Assembly (NCBI GenBank): GCA_002725015.1
Contig: PBQM01000038.1
Location: 1 to 58,550, forward strand
Length of the DNA: 58,550 nt
DNA from: Flavobacteriaceae bacterium
GTDB taxonomy: Bacteria > Bacteroidota > Bacteroidia > Flavobacteriales > Flavobacteriaceae
Direction of reading: 5' to 3'
Each line of letters begins with the position of its first letter. The stretch's first letter is position 1. The notes beneath the pieces are model-generated. The model saw only the letters and a program-made list of their open reading frames with translations. It made no database searches and was not told where the DNA came from. The position numbers were made by a program, and so were the translations under genes. This document shows, piece by piece, positions 7,547 through 18,207 of this stretch.

Positions 7547-8674
7547 CTATTTGAAAGGACTGTGTTGTTTGAAGTTTTTGATTTGAATTTTTTTAAAAAA
7601 CGGCCTGATCATGGCGTTGACAAATTTGTTTTTATGTTTGATATAACAGCTTAATTCCAGAGGAATGGCCCCTATGGTGGTCTTAATTTCAGAAGCAGTG
7701 CGACCCAAATTAATCTGTTCTACCTTCTTTTCGATGCCAAGCCGTATATAATCATTTAGAATGCGGGGGTAGATGGCGAGGGCTTTGTTTAGACGGTAAT
7801 CCAGACCTATAAAATGGGCATCCAAATGGGTTTTGTTTTTTAAAGCCGTCAAAAAGCCAACCAAGCGGTCATTTTTAAAATAACCCTTTACAATAAAGTC
7901 TTCTTTATAGCAATCTTTGAGGCTTACATAAGTGTTTAAATTTAGTACCTGGGCATTAAAATTGGCGTTGTCTATAGTATTTTGATATAAATCCTGTAAA
8001 GCTTTTTGTGACTCTTCAATGTCCTTTTTTGACATAAAACGTCCCTCTAAATCTTGACTCTTAGAGTCTGCTTTGTTGGCTTTGATTCGGTATTTTGATT
8101 TTAGTGCATTTTTATAGTCTTCAAAAGTGTTCCACTCCGGCTTTAAGGCAATCAGCATATTAGGTTCCACTACAATGTTGGTAAACCCATAAGTTTCAAA
8201 TCCCTTTGAATACTTCATGGCCTTTGTTTCAAAATCTTTGATAAATATTGCGTGGAGTGGCTTGACCGATTTAGAAATTCTATCTAAAGCAATTCCAATA
8301 TGTCTTACAGCCGCTTCTTTTTTGGCATCCACCGCAAAGCTCATACAGTACTCTCCACTTAAAAAAACATTCCCACAAAACATAATTTTAATGTGATCTT
8401 TTAGGAAAAATAGATTTAAAATACGCCTGTAAAGGGGAGACACTTTAATGTTTTTTAAAATGACGTCTACACTCAATTCAACAATTTGCACCAAGGCCAT
8501 GGCTTGGCCTTTACCACCCTTTGATATGCAAACATACCGCATGTCAATTTTGGGGTTTGAGGATTCAAAACTCCGCAGCAAGGGTTTTGAAAAGTAGAGG
8601 TTGCTGTCTGGGTTGATACTTTTTAAAAAACACCCATCAACAGCGTCAATAGATTTGTGAATCTCAGTGGTCAA
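7547..8674 (-). CDS. GNAT/FemAB-like acyltransferase-domain protein
   Basis: WNTFEDYKNALKSKYR helix, AHFIGLDY, INLGRTASEIKTTIGA typical of Acetyltransf_6/FemAB-like fold. Confidence 0.65.
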   Translation of the reverse strand: MTTEIHKSIDAVDGCFLKSINPDSNLYFSKPLLRSFESSNPKIDMRYVCISKGGKGQAMALVQIVELSVDVILKNIKVSPLYRRILNLFFLKDHIKIMFCGNVFLSGEYCMSFAVDAKKEAAVRHIGIALDRISKSVKPLHAIFIKDFETKAMKYSKGFETYGFTNIVVEPNMLIALKPEWNTFEDYKNALKSKYRIKANKADSKSQDLEGRFMSKKDIEESQKALQDLYQNTIDNANFNAQVLNLNTYVSLKDCYKEDFIVKGYFKNDRLVGFLTALKNKTHLDAHFIGLDYRLNKALAIYPRILNDYIRLGIEKKVEQINLGRTASEIKTTIGAIPLELSCYIKHKNKFVNAMIRPFFKKIQIKNFKQHSPFK

Positions 8675-8678
8675 ACTG

Positions 8679-9557
8679 TTATTTTTTAGACACTAAATAT
8701 ACACCAATAAAAATTAGAATGGCGGCGCTTATTTTTAGCATATCGAGTTGGTCACTGCCCATAGCAATGGCAAACAAGCCCGCAAAAATTGGCTGAAGAT
8801 ATATAAAGGTGCTGACGGTTGTGGCTTTTAAATTGGACAATGCTAGTGGATTTAAAAGGTAAGTTCCAAAGGTTGCAAATACAATGACGAAACTTATTGC
8901 AAACCAAATGTAGTTAGGTAGTAATGTCCAATGGATCATATTAACTTCCTGAATCCCAAAGGGAAATACCATGAGGGCACCAAATAAAAACAGCCATTTT
9001 ATAAAGTCATAGGGGTGGTATTTTGCCGTTAATTTTTTAATCAGAATTAAATAGTAACTGTAGGAAGCAGCATTGATAAAAAAAAGAAAATTACCCAATA
9101 ATATATTGGTGCCGTTTGTAGAGGATTCCCCGTAGAGGCTCAGTATCAATGCCCCAGAAAGCCCCAACCCAACCCCAAGAACTTTTATTTTCTTAATGGG
9201 CTCTCTTAAAATAATTGCAGATAAAATAAGAACGATGATGGGCACCGTAATCATAATCACAGCCCCATTGATCGGGGTGGTGTATTGTAGCCCTTTGAAA
9301 AAAGCCAGCATATTAAGCGCCACACCGAAAAAGGCGGCTGCCACCAATTTTGGGAAATCCCCGCGTTCTATTTTTTTGCTTGGGGTAAAAATGCCAAACA
9401 ACCAAAAAAGCAATCCAGCGCAAACGACTCTTAACAAAATAAATCCAAAGGGCTTGACGTGTCCACCAACAATCACGTCATTGGCAAATGTAAAGGTGAG
9501 TCCGTAAAATAATTGGACCAGTACAAGAGCGACTAGGGCAGCATAGCGGTTATTCAT
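8679..9557 (-). CDS. DMT (EamA) family transporter
   Basis: Ten hydrophobic segments in two EamA-like repeats; FIYLQPIFA. Confidence 0.88.
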   Translation of the reverse strand: MNNRYAALVALVLVQLFYGLTFTFANDVIVGGHVKPFGFILLRVVCAGLLFWLFGIFTPSKKIERGDFPKLVAAAFFGVALNMLAFFKGLQYTTPINGAVIMITVPIIVLILSAIILREPIKKIKVLGVGLGLSGALILSLYGESSTNGTNILLGNFLFFINAASYSYYLILIKKLTAKYHPYDFIKWLFLFGALMVFPFGIQEVNMIHWTLLPNYIWFAISFVIVFATFGTYLLNPLALSNLKATTVSTFIYLQPIFAGLFAIAMGSDQLDMLKISAAILIFIGVYLVSKK

Positions 9558-9906
9558 TGGTCAATGCTAATTTTGCAGCTGCTGTAGTTTTGGAGCTATT
9601 CCCAATAAAAACCTGGTCCTCAAAGACAAGGATTGGGCGTTTTAAAAACGTATAGTGATTTAAGATATAATGGCGGTAATCGCTTTCCTGTAGTATTTCG
9701 TTTTTCAATCCCATTTCCTTATACAGCCTGGCGCGTTTGCTAAAAAGGGCTTCATAACTGCCTGCTAGGGCTTTGAGACTGTCTAAATCTTCAGCGGAAA
9801 TATTGGCTTCTTTGATGTCCTGAAGTTCAAAATCAACGGGAAGATCTAATGCTTTTAGAATGCGTTGGCAGCTGTTACAAGTTTTGAGGGAATAGATTTT
9901 TTTCAT
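9550..9906 (-). CDS. ArsC/Spx/YffB family protein
   Basis: N-terminal TCNSC and LKRPIL motif. Confidence 0.85.
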   Translation of the reverse strand: MKKIYSLKTCNSCQRILKALDLPVDFELQDIKEANISAEDLDSLKALAGSYEALFSKRARLYKEMGLKNEILQESDYRHYILNHYTFLKRPILVFEDQVFIGNSSKTTAAAKLALTNE

Positions 9907-9969
9907 GGGTCTGATTCATTATTTTTACAAAGAAAATCATTTCTCTATAAATTATTAATTATTTCAACA

Positions 9970-11112
9970 ATGAAATTCAACACAAAAACCATTCATGGAG
10001 GCCAATCCCCAGATAAAGCTTATGGGTCTGTGATGCCTCCTATTTATCAAACCTCAACTTATGCTCAAACCACCCCTGGTGGCCATAAAGGTTATGAGTA
10101 TTCGCGTACACACAATCCTACCAGAGATGCTCTTGAAAAATCTTTTGCAAGCATTGAGAACGGGCATTACGGGTTGGCTTTTGGCTCTGGATTGGCCGCA
10201 ATTGATGCGGTAATTAAGTTGTTAAAGCCTGGTGACGAGGTCATTTCCACCAACGATTTATATGGAGGAACTTATCGCCTTTTTACCAAAATATTTGAGA
10301 AATTCCAAATCAAGTTTCATTTTACAGGGATGCAAGACACCCAGCAAATAGAGCGCTGTATAAATCTAAAAACTAAATTAATTTGGGTGGAAACCCCAAC
10401 CAACCCCATGCTGAACATCATTGATATAAAAGCCGTTTCTGCCCTTGCAAAAAAACACTCTGTATTGCTGGCAGTGGACAATACTTTTGCAACCCCTTAT
10501 CTTCAAAGACCTTTGGACCTAGGCGCTGACATTGTGATGCATTCGGCCACAAAGTATTTAGGAGGACACAGTGATGTTGTCATGGGGGCATTGGCGGTCA
10601 ATGATAAAACCCTGGCTGATCAGTTGTATTTTATTCAAAATGCCAGTGGTGCCGTTTGTGGACCCCAAGACAGTTTCCTTGTTTTAAGAGGAATAAAAAC
10701 ACTGCATGTTCGCATGCAACGCCATTGCGAGAACGGCCGTGCTATTGCTAATTTTTTAATGGCGCACCCCATGATTGAAAATGTGTATTGGCCTGGCTTG
10801 CCATCTCACCCCAACCATCAAATTGCAGCCGAACAAATGGAAGATTTTGGCGGGATGTTGTCTTTTACAACCAAGGGTAACAACTACCATAAGGCCCTAA
10901 AAGTAGTTGAGCGCCTAAAGGTTTTTACCTTAGCAGAATCTTTGGGAGGTGTTGAGTCGCTGGCGGGGCATCCAGCCAGTATGACACATGCCAGCATTCC
11001 CAAAGCGGAACGGGAAAAAACAGGGGTTGTGGACTCACTGATTCGTTTGAGTGTTGGTATTGAAGATATCGAAGATTTAAAGGCCGATTTAATGCAAGCG
11101 CTTGAGGGCTGA
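9970..11112 (+). CDS. Cystathionine gamma-synthase/beta- or gamma-lyase (Cys/Met metabolism PLP enzyme)
   Basis: PPIYQTSTY, YSRTHNPTR, ETPTNP, DNTFATP, HSATKYLGGHSD, LAESLGGVESL; start moved to ATG 9970. Confidence 0.92.
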   Translation: MKFNTKTIHGGQSPDKAYGSVMPPIYQTSTYAQTTPGGHKGYEYSRTHNPTRDALEKSFASIENGHYGLAFGSGLAAIDAVIKLLKPGDEVISTNDLYGGTYRLFTKIFEKFQIKFHFTGMQDTQQIERCINLKTKLIWVETPTNPMLNIIDIKAVSALAKKHSVLLAVDNTFATPYLQRPLDLGADIVMHSATKYLGGHSDVVMGALAVNDKTLADQLYFIQNASGAVCGPQDSFLVLRGIKTLHVRMQRHCENGRAIANFLMAHPMIENVYWPGLPSHPNHQIAAEQMEDFGGMLSFTTKGNNYHKALKVVERLKVFTLAESLGGVESLAGHPASMTHASIPKAEREKTGVVDSLIRLSVGIEDIEDLKADLMQALEG

Positions 11113-11204
11113 TCGGCTTTTTTGAGTTATTCGTAAAAAAAAGTCTTAAATCATAATAAAATTGCGAATTCATAAAAATATAGTTTGTTTTTTTTAAGAA
11201 ATCT

Positions 11205-11212
11205 TATATTTG
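11205..11212 (+). promoter_or_regulatory. -7 box (TATATTTG) for gdhA
   Basis: Exact TAnnTTTG 21 nt upstream of ATG 11234. Confidence 0.55.
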
Positions 11213-11233
11213 TACTATAAATTAAAGGATGCT

Positions 11234-12601
11234 ATGATTTTAAAACCCAATGAAATAAAACACAAAGTTGATGGATTTCTGGCCTTGGTACGACAGCGGA
11301 ATAATCTTGAACCAGAATTTTTACAAGCTGTAGAGGAAGTTGCTGAAACCGTGATCCCCTATATTGTCCAAAATGACATTTATCACGGTAAAAATATTTT
11401 ACTTCGAATGGTAGAACCCGAAAGAGCCCTCATGTTTAGAGTCAACTGGGTTGATGACAAAGGCGAAATCCGAGTTAACAGAGGGTATCGCATTCAGATG
11501 AACTCTGCAATTGGGCCCTACAAAGGCGGGCTGCGCTTTCATCCCTCAGTAAATATGAGTATTTTAAAGTTTTTAGCTTTCGAACAAGTCTTTAAAAACA
11601 GTTTGACTACCCTTCCAATGGGGGGCGCAAAAGGTGGTAGTGATTTTAATCCCAAAGGCAGAAGTTACAATGAAATTATGCGTTTTTGCCATGCTTTTAT
11701 GAGCGAGTTGTTCCGACACATAGGGCCCAACACAGATGTACCTGCTGGAGATATCGGCGTTGGTGGCAGAGAAATAGGCTTTTTATTCGGGATGTATAAG
11801 AAATTAAAAAATGAATTTACCGGTGTCTTAACAGGGAAAGGAGTCACTTGGGGAGGCTCCCTTATTCGACCTGAAGCCACTGGCTATGGAACGGTCTATT
11901 TTGCTCAAAAAATGCTGCAAACTAAAGGAGATGATATCAAAGGTAAAACTGTAACCATATCCGGTTCTGGAAACGTGGCTCAGTTTGCTGCAGAAAAGAT
12001 TATTCAACTCGGAGGTAAAGTGATTACTCTTTCCGATTCCTCAGGCTATATTTTAGACTCTCAAGGCATTGACAAAGAGAAGTTAAGCTTTGTTATGGAT
12101 TTAAAAAATAACAAGCGCGGCCGTATCAGTGCTTACGTTAAAGCCTATCCGAACGCTCAATTTTTTGCCCAAAAAACCCCTTGGGAACAACCTTGCGATA
12201 TTGCAATGCCATCTGCCACTCAAAATGAATTGACAGGTTCAGATGCCAAGACATTGCTCGAAAACGGCTGTATTTGCGTGAGTGAGGGCGCCAATATGCC
12301 ATCGACCAAAGAAGCCGTTGCCGTTTTTCAAAAAGCTCAAATTTTATTTGCACCCGGAAAAGCGTCCAATGCTGGCGGTGTTGCGACTTCTGGTTTGGAA
12401 ATGACTCAAAATTCACTGCGTTACAATTGGACAAGAGAAGAGGTTGATGAGAAGCTTAAAGACATCATGGGGAACATTCATGACAAATGCATTGCCTACG
12501 GAAAAGACCCGGAAACGGGCTATATAGATTATGTCAAAGGCGCCAATATTGCTGGTTTTGTCAAGGTCGCTGACGCCATGCTAGCCCAGGGAATTGTATG
12601 A
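11234..12601 (+). CDS. gdhA: NADP-specific glutamate dehydrogenase
   Basis: GPYKGGLRFHPSV, PMGGAKGG, DVPAGDIGVG, RPEATGYG, GSGNVA, EGANMP. Confidence 0.95.
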   Translation: MILKPNEIKHKVDGFLALVRQRNNLEPEFLQAVEEVAETVIPYIVQNDIYHGKNILLRMVEPERALMFRVNWVDDKGEIRVNRGYRIQMNSAIGPYKGGLRFHPSVNMSILKFLAFEQVFKNSLTTLPMGGAKGGSDFNPKGRSYNEIMRFCHAFMSELFRHIGPNTDVPAGDIGVGGREIGFLFGMYKKLKNEFTGVLTGKGVTWGGSLIRPEATGYGTVYFAQKMLQTKGDDIKGKTVTISGSGNVAQFAAEKIIQLGGKVITLSDSSGYILDSQGIDKEKLSFVMDLKNNKRGRISAYVKAYPNAQFFAQKTPWEQPCDIAMPSATQNELTGSDAKTLLENGCICVSEGANMPSTKEAVAVFQKAQILFAPGKASNAGGVATSGLEMTQNSLRYNWTREEVDEKLKDIMGNIHDKCIAYGKDPETGYIDYVKGANIAGFVKVADAMLAQGIV

Positions 12602-12622
12602 TTATTTTAGAATTGTAAAATT

Positions 12623-12653
12623 AAAGAGTTTCTAAATTTTAGAAGCTCTTTTT
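12623..12653 (+). terminator. Intrinsic terminator after gdhA
   Basis: AAAGAGTTTCTAA-ATT-TTAGAAGCTCTTT hairpin plus T-run. Confidence 0.75.
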
Positions 12654-12719
12654 CTTTACGTACAATATTGGATTGAAATGTCGTTATATATAAATATATT
12701 TGACATAAACTTTAGGCGC

Positions 12720-15083
12720 TTGAATCGAGAATTTTCCACTTTTTTATTTGTGTTTTTTACAATGTCATTTTCGTTTGGGCAAAGCGCTGTAAACGGACTT
12801 TGGGAAGGCCATTTCTCATACAATTCTATCCGGGCCATTGAGAGTGGAAACACAACTCTTTATGCGGCCAGCGAGAATGCGATTTTCTCTTTAGATCCCC
12901 TCACTCAAGAAATAACAACCCTCACGACCATTGATGGCCTTTCTGGAGATTATATAACGGCCATCAAATACAGTGAAGAATATGACCTTTTAGTTATTGG
13001 CTATGAAACGGGATTGATGGAGGTTTATAACTTCAGTTCAAAATCCGTTCTTAAAGTTGTTGACATTCTCAATAAAGTCACAATACCCCCTGAAAATAGG
13101 CGAATTAATGATTTTTACCAAAATGAAAATTTGGTTTATATCGCTACAAATTATGGTATTTCAATTTATGATTTAGAGACCTTGGAATTTGGAGACACTT
13201 ATTACATTGGATCCAATGGAGCCCAGCTTCAAGTCCGACAAATAGCCGTTTCAAATAATGATATTTATGCCGCTACTAATTTTGGTTTAAAAAGAGCCTC
13301 TCTTGACAATGAGAATTTAATTGACTTTCAGTTTTGGACTACTGAATTTTCAGGTGACTTTACAGCTCTGAGCGTTATCCAAGAGACACTCTACACCGTG
13401 AAGACAGATAACCGATTGTATCAGTTGAATGGCAGTGTATTAGATCCAGTCTTGAGTTTTTCGGAAACGATTTTAGACCTAAAACCCAATGCGTCTAATT
13501 TTTTAATTGTCACTCCTAGTGCGGTGCGCTATTATCAATCTGATTTAACGCTTATTGACACTTACAGCCCGCCCTTGGAGGGCGATGTAAATTTTACCAC
13601 GGCTCATTTTTTTAATGACAGTATGTATTTTGGGACCGAAGCTTCTGGTTTACTAATGACTTCTGAAAACACCCAAAGTAATTATACGGAAGTACAGCCT
13701 GATGGGCCACTGAGAAACAGCCCCTTTTCACTTCACTACGCCTATGAAAATCTATGGGTTACTTTTGGAGATTACGACCAATTTTTTAATCCCAGCCCTT
13801 TAAGAAGTTATGGCTTTAGCTATTTAGAGAATGATACTTGGACCAATATTAGCTATGATAGCCTACAAGAAGTAATTAATAAACCTGTATTCAACCTTAA
13901 CGCTATTGCCGTTAACCCTGTCAATTCAAATCAAGCTTTTATCAGTTCATTTCAAAACGGAATGTTAGATTTTAAAAAGAACATTAGCATAGAGTTGTTG
14001 GATGAGACCAACAGTGCTTTGCAGTCTTTGGTTTTAGCTGGGAGCCCCAATTACAAAAGCATTAGGCTTTCTGGTCTTAAATTTGACAGCCAAGGAAGTT
14101 TGTGGAGCTTGACATCTTTGGTAGAAGACCCATTAAAAAAATACAGTCCTGACACTGCTCAATGGGAAACCTACTCTTTTAACGCTATAATTGACGATCC
14201 AATTAATGACGAACTTGGTTTTGGCGCTCTGGTCATTGGCCCAGATGGGACCAAGTGGGTTGGGAGTTTTAGCAATGGGGTCATAGGATTTAATGAAAAT
14301 GGAAACCTTATAAGGCAAATAAAGGGCGAGGGAGCAGCCAATTTACCTACAGATGAAATCAGTGCCTTGGCTCTAGACAATAACAATATTTTGTGGATTG
14401 GCACTTTTAAGGGCTTGAGAATTCTTTACAATACTTCTAACTTTTTCACAGAAGACGTCATTTCAACGGCCCCTATTATCATTTTAGAGGAGGGCCTTCC
14501 AAAAGAACTTCTTGAACTTCAATTTATCACTGCCATTTTAGTTGACGGCGGTAACAACAAATGGATTTCAACTTTGGACGCCGGCGTTTTCTATTTGAGC
14601 TCCGATGGTCAAGAAACCATATACCACTTTACAGAGGACAATTCTCCACTGCCTTCAAACGCTGTTCTGACCATGGCTCAGAACCAAAACAACGGCAAAA
14701 TTTATTTTGGAACTACAAGGGGCTTGGTGGCCTTTAATGCAGGCGGCTCAAGTCCATCAACGTCGTTAGGCGAAGCCCATGTTTATCCCAATCCTGTAAG
14801 ACCAGGATTTAATTTAGAAACCGATAAAATTAAGATCAAGAATTTAAGTGAAAATGTCAATTTAAAAATTACAGATGTAGAAGGCAATTTGGTGGCTGAG
14901 GCACAGTCCAATACCAATTTGCGTTTTAAAGGTTACAATTTAGAAATTGACGGAGGAACCGCTTTTTGGAACGGTAAAAATTTAAGAAACAGAACTGTGG
15001 CTTCGGGGGTATATGTGGTGCTTGTTACCGACTTAGATAATCTAGCCACAAAAGTTTTGAAAATCATGCTCATTCGCCAATGA
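12720..15083 (+). CDS. porZ: Type IX secretion system A-LPS delivery protein PorZ
   Basis: WEGHFSY N-terminus, beta-propeller repeats (NSPLPSN), C-terminal T9SS CTD (VYPNPV...WNGKN...VASGVY...KIMLIR), adjacent to recO. TTG 12720 is favoured because it follows a TATATTTG box at 12695-12702 and yields a signal peptide (ORF track start 12678). Confidence 0.85.
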   Translation: MNREFSTFLFVFFTMSFSFGQSAVNGLWEGHFSYNSIRAIESGNTTLYAASENAIFSLDPLTQEITTLTTIDGLSGDYITAIKYSEEYDLLVIGYETGLMEVYNFSSKSVLKVVDILNKVTIPPENRRINDFYQNENLVYIATNYGISIYDLETLEFGDTYYIGSNGAQLQVRQIAVSNNDIYAATNFGLKRASLDNENLIDFQFWTTEFSGDFTALSVIQETLYTVKTDNRLYQLNGSVLDPVLSFSETILDLKPNASNFLIVTPSAVRYYQSDLTLIDTYSPPLEGDVNFTTAHFFNDSMYFGTEASGLLMTSENTQSNYTEVQPDGPLRNSPFSLHYAYENLWVTFGDYDQFFNPSPLRSYGFSYLENDTWTNISYDSLQEVINKPVFNLNAIAVNPVNSNQAFISSFQNGMLDFKKNISIELLDETNSALQSLVLAGSPNYKSIRLSGLKFDSQGSLWSLTSLVEDPLKKYSPDTAQWETYSFNAIIDDPINDELGFGALVIGPDGTKWVGSFSNGVIGFNENGNLIRQIKGEGAANLPTDEISALALDNNNILWIGTFKGLRILYNTSNFFTEDVISTAPIIILEEGLPKELLELQFITAILVDGGNNKWISTLDAGVFYLSSDGQETIYHFTEDNSPLPSNAVLTMAQNQNNGKIYFGTTRGLVAFNAGGSSPSTSLGEAHVYPNPVRPGFNLETDKIKIKNLSENVNLKITDVEGNLVAEAQSNTNLRFKGYNLEIDGGTAFWNGKNLRNRTVASGVYVVLVTDLDNLATKVLKIMLIRQ

Positions 15084-15799
15084 TCACTTCAACAAAGGCC
15101 ATTGTCCTCTCCAAGCTAAAATACAAGGATCACGATCTCATTGTCAAATGTTATACAGCCTCTAATGGCATTCTCTCCTTTTTGATACGAGGTGCATTCT
15201 CTACAAAGAAAACAAAATTAAAACCCGCTTACTTCCAGCCTCTTTCCATGCTTCGTATGGAAATTGATATCAAAAATAACAGGCAATTACACTTTATAAA
15301 AAATGTTCGTATGGAACATGTTTATCGCAGTTTGCACCTTGAAATTACAAAATCAACAGTGGCCATTTTCTTATCTGAGATTTTAAATTCTACACTTAAG
15401 GAAGAGGAACCGAATGAAGGGCTTTATGCCTATATGGAAACAGCTCTTTTATGGTTTGATACTGTTGATAAGAGCCGTATTTTTCACCACCAATTTTTGA
15501 TGGGTCTGACAAAATATATAGGGGTCTATCCAGAGATGACAAACGCCAAGGCGCCTTATTTTAATTTAGAAGCAGGAAAATACCAAGAACAAAACAGTGG
15601 CCGCCATTGTATTTCTGGAGCCAAATTAATTTTATTCAATTCAATTTTAGGAATGAAATTTGATAATCATAATGAAAACACAATGCAAGACGCCGAAAAG
15701 CGCCTGTTATTAAACATGATTTTACAGTACTTTAAATTACATTTACAGGGCTTTAAGTCTCCTAAATCTCTTCCTATTTTGAATCAGGTATTTAACTAA
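15080..15799 (+). CDS. recO: DNA repair protein RecO
   Basis: TKAIVLSKLKYKDHDLIVKCYT, FQPLS, KSLPILNQVF. Confidence 0.92.
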   Translation: MITSTKAIVLSKLKYKDHDLIVKCYTASNGILSFLIRGAFSTKKTKLKPAYFQPLSMLRMEIDIKNNRQLHFIKNVRMEHVYRSLHLEITKSTVAIFLSEILNSTLKEEEPNEGLYAYMETALLWFDTVDKSRIFHHQFLMGLTKYIGVYPEMTNAKAPYFNLEAGKYQEQNSGRHCISGAKLILFNSILGMKFDNHNENTMQDAEKRLLLNMILQYFKLHLQGFKSPKSLPILNQVFN

Positions 15800-15801
15800 G
15801 A

Positions 15802-18207
15802 ATGAAATATTTTTACAGTTGCTTTTTAGGCTTTTTTGTGTGGACTTTAGCGGCCCAAAAAATAGTTATTGTCGATGAAACGAACTCAGAACCTATCACT
15901 GGTGCGGTCGTGTATAATCTGGTTAAAACCAAAACAAATATCTCAAATTTTGATGGAGAAGTGTCTGTGATTCGCTTCCAAAGTTTTGAACGGATTTACT
16001 TTCAGCACATTCTTTACCACCGAGAGTCCCAGTTAAAATCCAAGTTGAGTGATACTATTTTTCTCTCACCAAAGTCTACCAATTTAAATGAAATTGTAAT
16101 TTCAGCTTCTAAATTTGAACAAAACAAGAAAGAGGTTCCTCAAAAAATTATCAGCCTTGATGCGCAAGCCATTGAAAGCGCAAATCCCCAGACCTCTGCA
16201 GACTTATTGGCCAGCTCGGGCCGTGTTTTTGTTCAAAAAAGTCAAATGGGAGGCGGCAGTCCTATGATCAGAGGTTTTTCAACAAATCGCGTTTTAATAA
16301 CCGTTGATGGGGTGCGTTTAAACAATGCAATTTTTAGAAGTGGAAATGCTCAAAATGTAATTTCTATCAATCCTTTTAATGTTCAAAAAACAGAGGTCAT
16401 ATTAGGTGCAGGATCTGTTATTTATGGCAGTGATGCGATTGGTGGTGTGATGAATTTTTACACCACGGTTCCCGAACTGTCTAAATCTCAGCCAGCTCAA
16501 ATTTCTACCAAAAGTAACTTGCGATATTCTTCAGCAAATAATGAAAAAACAGTTCAATTGGGAATCAATACTGGTTTTAAAAAATGGGCTTTTCACAGCA
16601 GCATGAGCTTCTCAGATTTTGGAGATTTAAGGATGGGACGTACCAGCAACGAAGCCTATCTTACGCCATTTTATGCGGGGCAGCTCAACGGACAAGACAT
16701 TCTTCTTGCCAATCACGACCCTCGTCTGCAAAAGTTTACAAATTTCAATCAATTTCATCTGGCTCAGAAGATACTACACAGACCAAATCCAAACCTCACA
16801 CTCGATTTGGGAATCCATTATGCCACGACATCTGACATTCCTAGGTATGACCGCTTGACGCTTTTGCAGTCCAACAACAACACATTAAAATTTTCTGAAT
16901 GGAATTATGGCCCTCAAAAATGGCTTTTAACCAACCTTCAGTTGACAAAGCTTAGCAGCCGTTTTAAATTCTATGACAAATTAAAGGTCGGTATGGCTTA
17001 TCAAAATTTTCAAGAAAGTCGCATCAGTCGAAAATTTGAAGCCGTCCAGCGGAAAACTAGAACGGAAACGGTTAACGCGCTCTCGTTGAATATAGATTTA
17101 GATAAATCGCTGTCCGATGTCGTTAACCTTTCTTATGGTGCCGAATTCATTTATAATAAAATTGGCTCTGTAGCGTCCTCAGAAGACATCGAAACCAACA
17201 CCTTCCAACAAATTGCGTCTCGTTATCCTGACGGAGCAGAATGGACGAGTTTGGCGAGCTACCTAAGTTTTAAATACAAACCATCCCCCTCACTGACTTT
17301 ACAATCGGGTTTTCGCTACAACGCCATTACTATTGATGCAGATTTGTCTCCCAACAGCGAATTTTACGATTGGTCGTTTACAGACTTTAACCTACAAACC
17401 AGCGCGCTCACAGGGACTGCGGGACTCAGCTGGCAACAGAGCAAAACTTTGCTATGGAAACTCAATGCTACCACCGCTTTTAGGGCTCCCAACATAGACG
17501 ATATAGGTAAGGTTTTTGATTCTGAACCAGGCAGTGTAGTGGTCCCAAACCATCAGCTTAAACCAGAATATGCTTACGGAGCAGAATTGGGACTTGTCAT
17601 GAATTTCAATGACTCTGTTCTTCTAGATCTTTCTGCTTATTATACCTATTTGGACAATGCCATGAGAAGAGATTTGTATGTCATTAATGGCGTCTCCGAA
17701 ATAAATTATGACGGGGAGATGAGTGTTGTACAAGCTGTCCAAAATACTTCTGAGGCTAGAATTTATGGCTTCGAAGCGGGTTTAAAGTTGCGATTGTCAA
17801 AAGCTTTGGAGCTCAATTCCCAGTTTACCCTCACAAAAGGCCGTCAACAAAACCTTCAAAATGAATCGGTAGCGGTACGGCATGTTGCCCCAGTTTTTGG
17901 GAATGTACATATGATTTGGAAACACAAAAAAATAACAATTGATGGTTTTTTAAATTACAGCGGTAGCTTGGCTTTTAAGGACATCTCAGAAGAACTTTCG
18001 AGCCATTTATTTGCACTTGATGCTAATGGCAACCCCTATGCACCCTCATGGGTGACTGTCAACCTTAGAACAAAATATCAATTGACCAACAGTCTTTCTT
18101 TTGTTGGGTCAATTGAGAACATTTCAAACCAAGGTTACCGGCCTTTTGCCTCTGGCATTAGTGGTCCAGGCACCAATTTAATCTTTGCCATTAGATACCA
18201 AAAATGA
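15802..18207 (+). CDS. TonB-dependent receptor (hemoglobin/heme-receptor-like family)
   Basis: Plug motifs QKSQMGGGSPMIRGF, GSVIYGSDAIGGV; barrel FRAPNIDD; LKPE. Confidence 0.85.
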   Translation: MKYFYSCFLGFFVWTLAAQKIVIVDETNSEPITGAVVYNLVKTKTNISNFDGEVSVIRFQSFERIYFQHILYHRESQLKSKLSDTIFLSPKSTNLNEIVISASKFEQNKKEVPQKIISLDAQAIESANPQTSADLLASSGRVFVQKSQMGGGSPMIRGFSTNRVLITVDGVRLNNAIFRSGNAQNVISINPFNVQKTEVILGAGSVIYGSDAIGGVMNFYTTVPELSKSQPAQISTKSNLRYSSANNEKTVQLGINTGFKKWAFHSSMSFSDFGDLRMGRTSNEAYLTPFYAGQLNGQDILLANHDPRLQKFTNFNQFHLAQKILHRPNPNLTLDLGIHYATTSDIPRYDRLTLLQSNNNTLKFSEWNYGPQKWLLTNLQLTKLSSRFKFYDKLKVGMAYQNFQESRISRKFEAVQRKTRTETVNALSLNIDLDKSLSDVVNLSYGAEFIYNKIGSVASSEDIETNTFQQIASRYPDGAEWTSLASYLSFKYKPSPSLTLQSGFRYNAITIDADLSPNSEFYDWSFTDFNLQTSALTGTAGLSWQQSKTLLWKLNATTAFRAPNIDDIGKVFDSEPGSVVVPNHQLKPEYAYGAELGLVMNFNDSVLLDLSAYYTYLDNAMRRDLYVINGVSEINYDGEMSVVQAVQNTSEARIYGFEAGLKLRLSKALELNSQFTLTKGRQQNLQNESVAVRHVAPVFGNVHMIWKHKKITIDGFLNYSGSLAFKDISEELSSHLFALDANGNPYAPSWVTVNLRTKYQLTNSLSFVGSIENISNQGYRPFASGISGPGTNLIFAIRYQK

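Noticed and set aside
9865-9969. N-terminal extension of the cystathionine synthase/lyase in the ORF track
   Set aside because: Overlaps the divergent ArsC-like gene; family similarity starts at MKFNTK (9970)
11129-11169. Imperfect inverted repeat ATTCGTAA...TTGCGAAT upstream of gdhA
   Set aside because: Only 7 of 8 bases match across a 25-nt spacer in AT-rich DNA; too weak without conservation data
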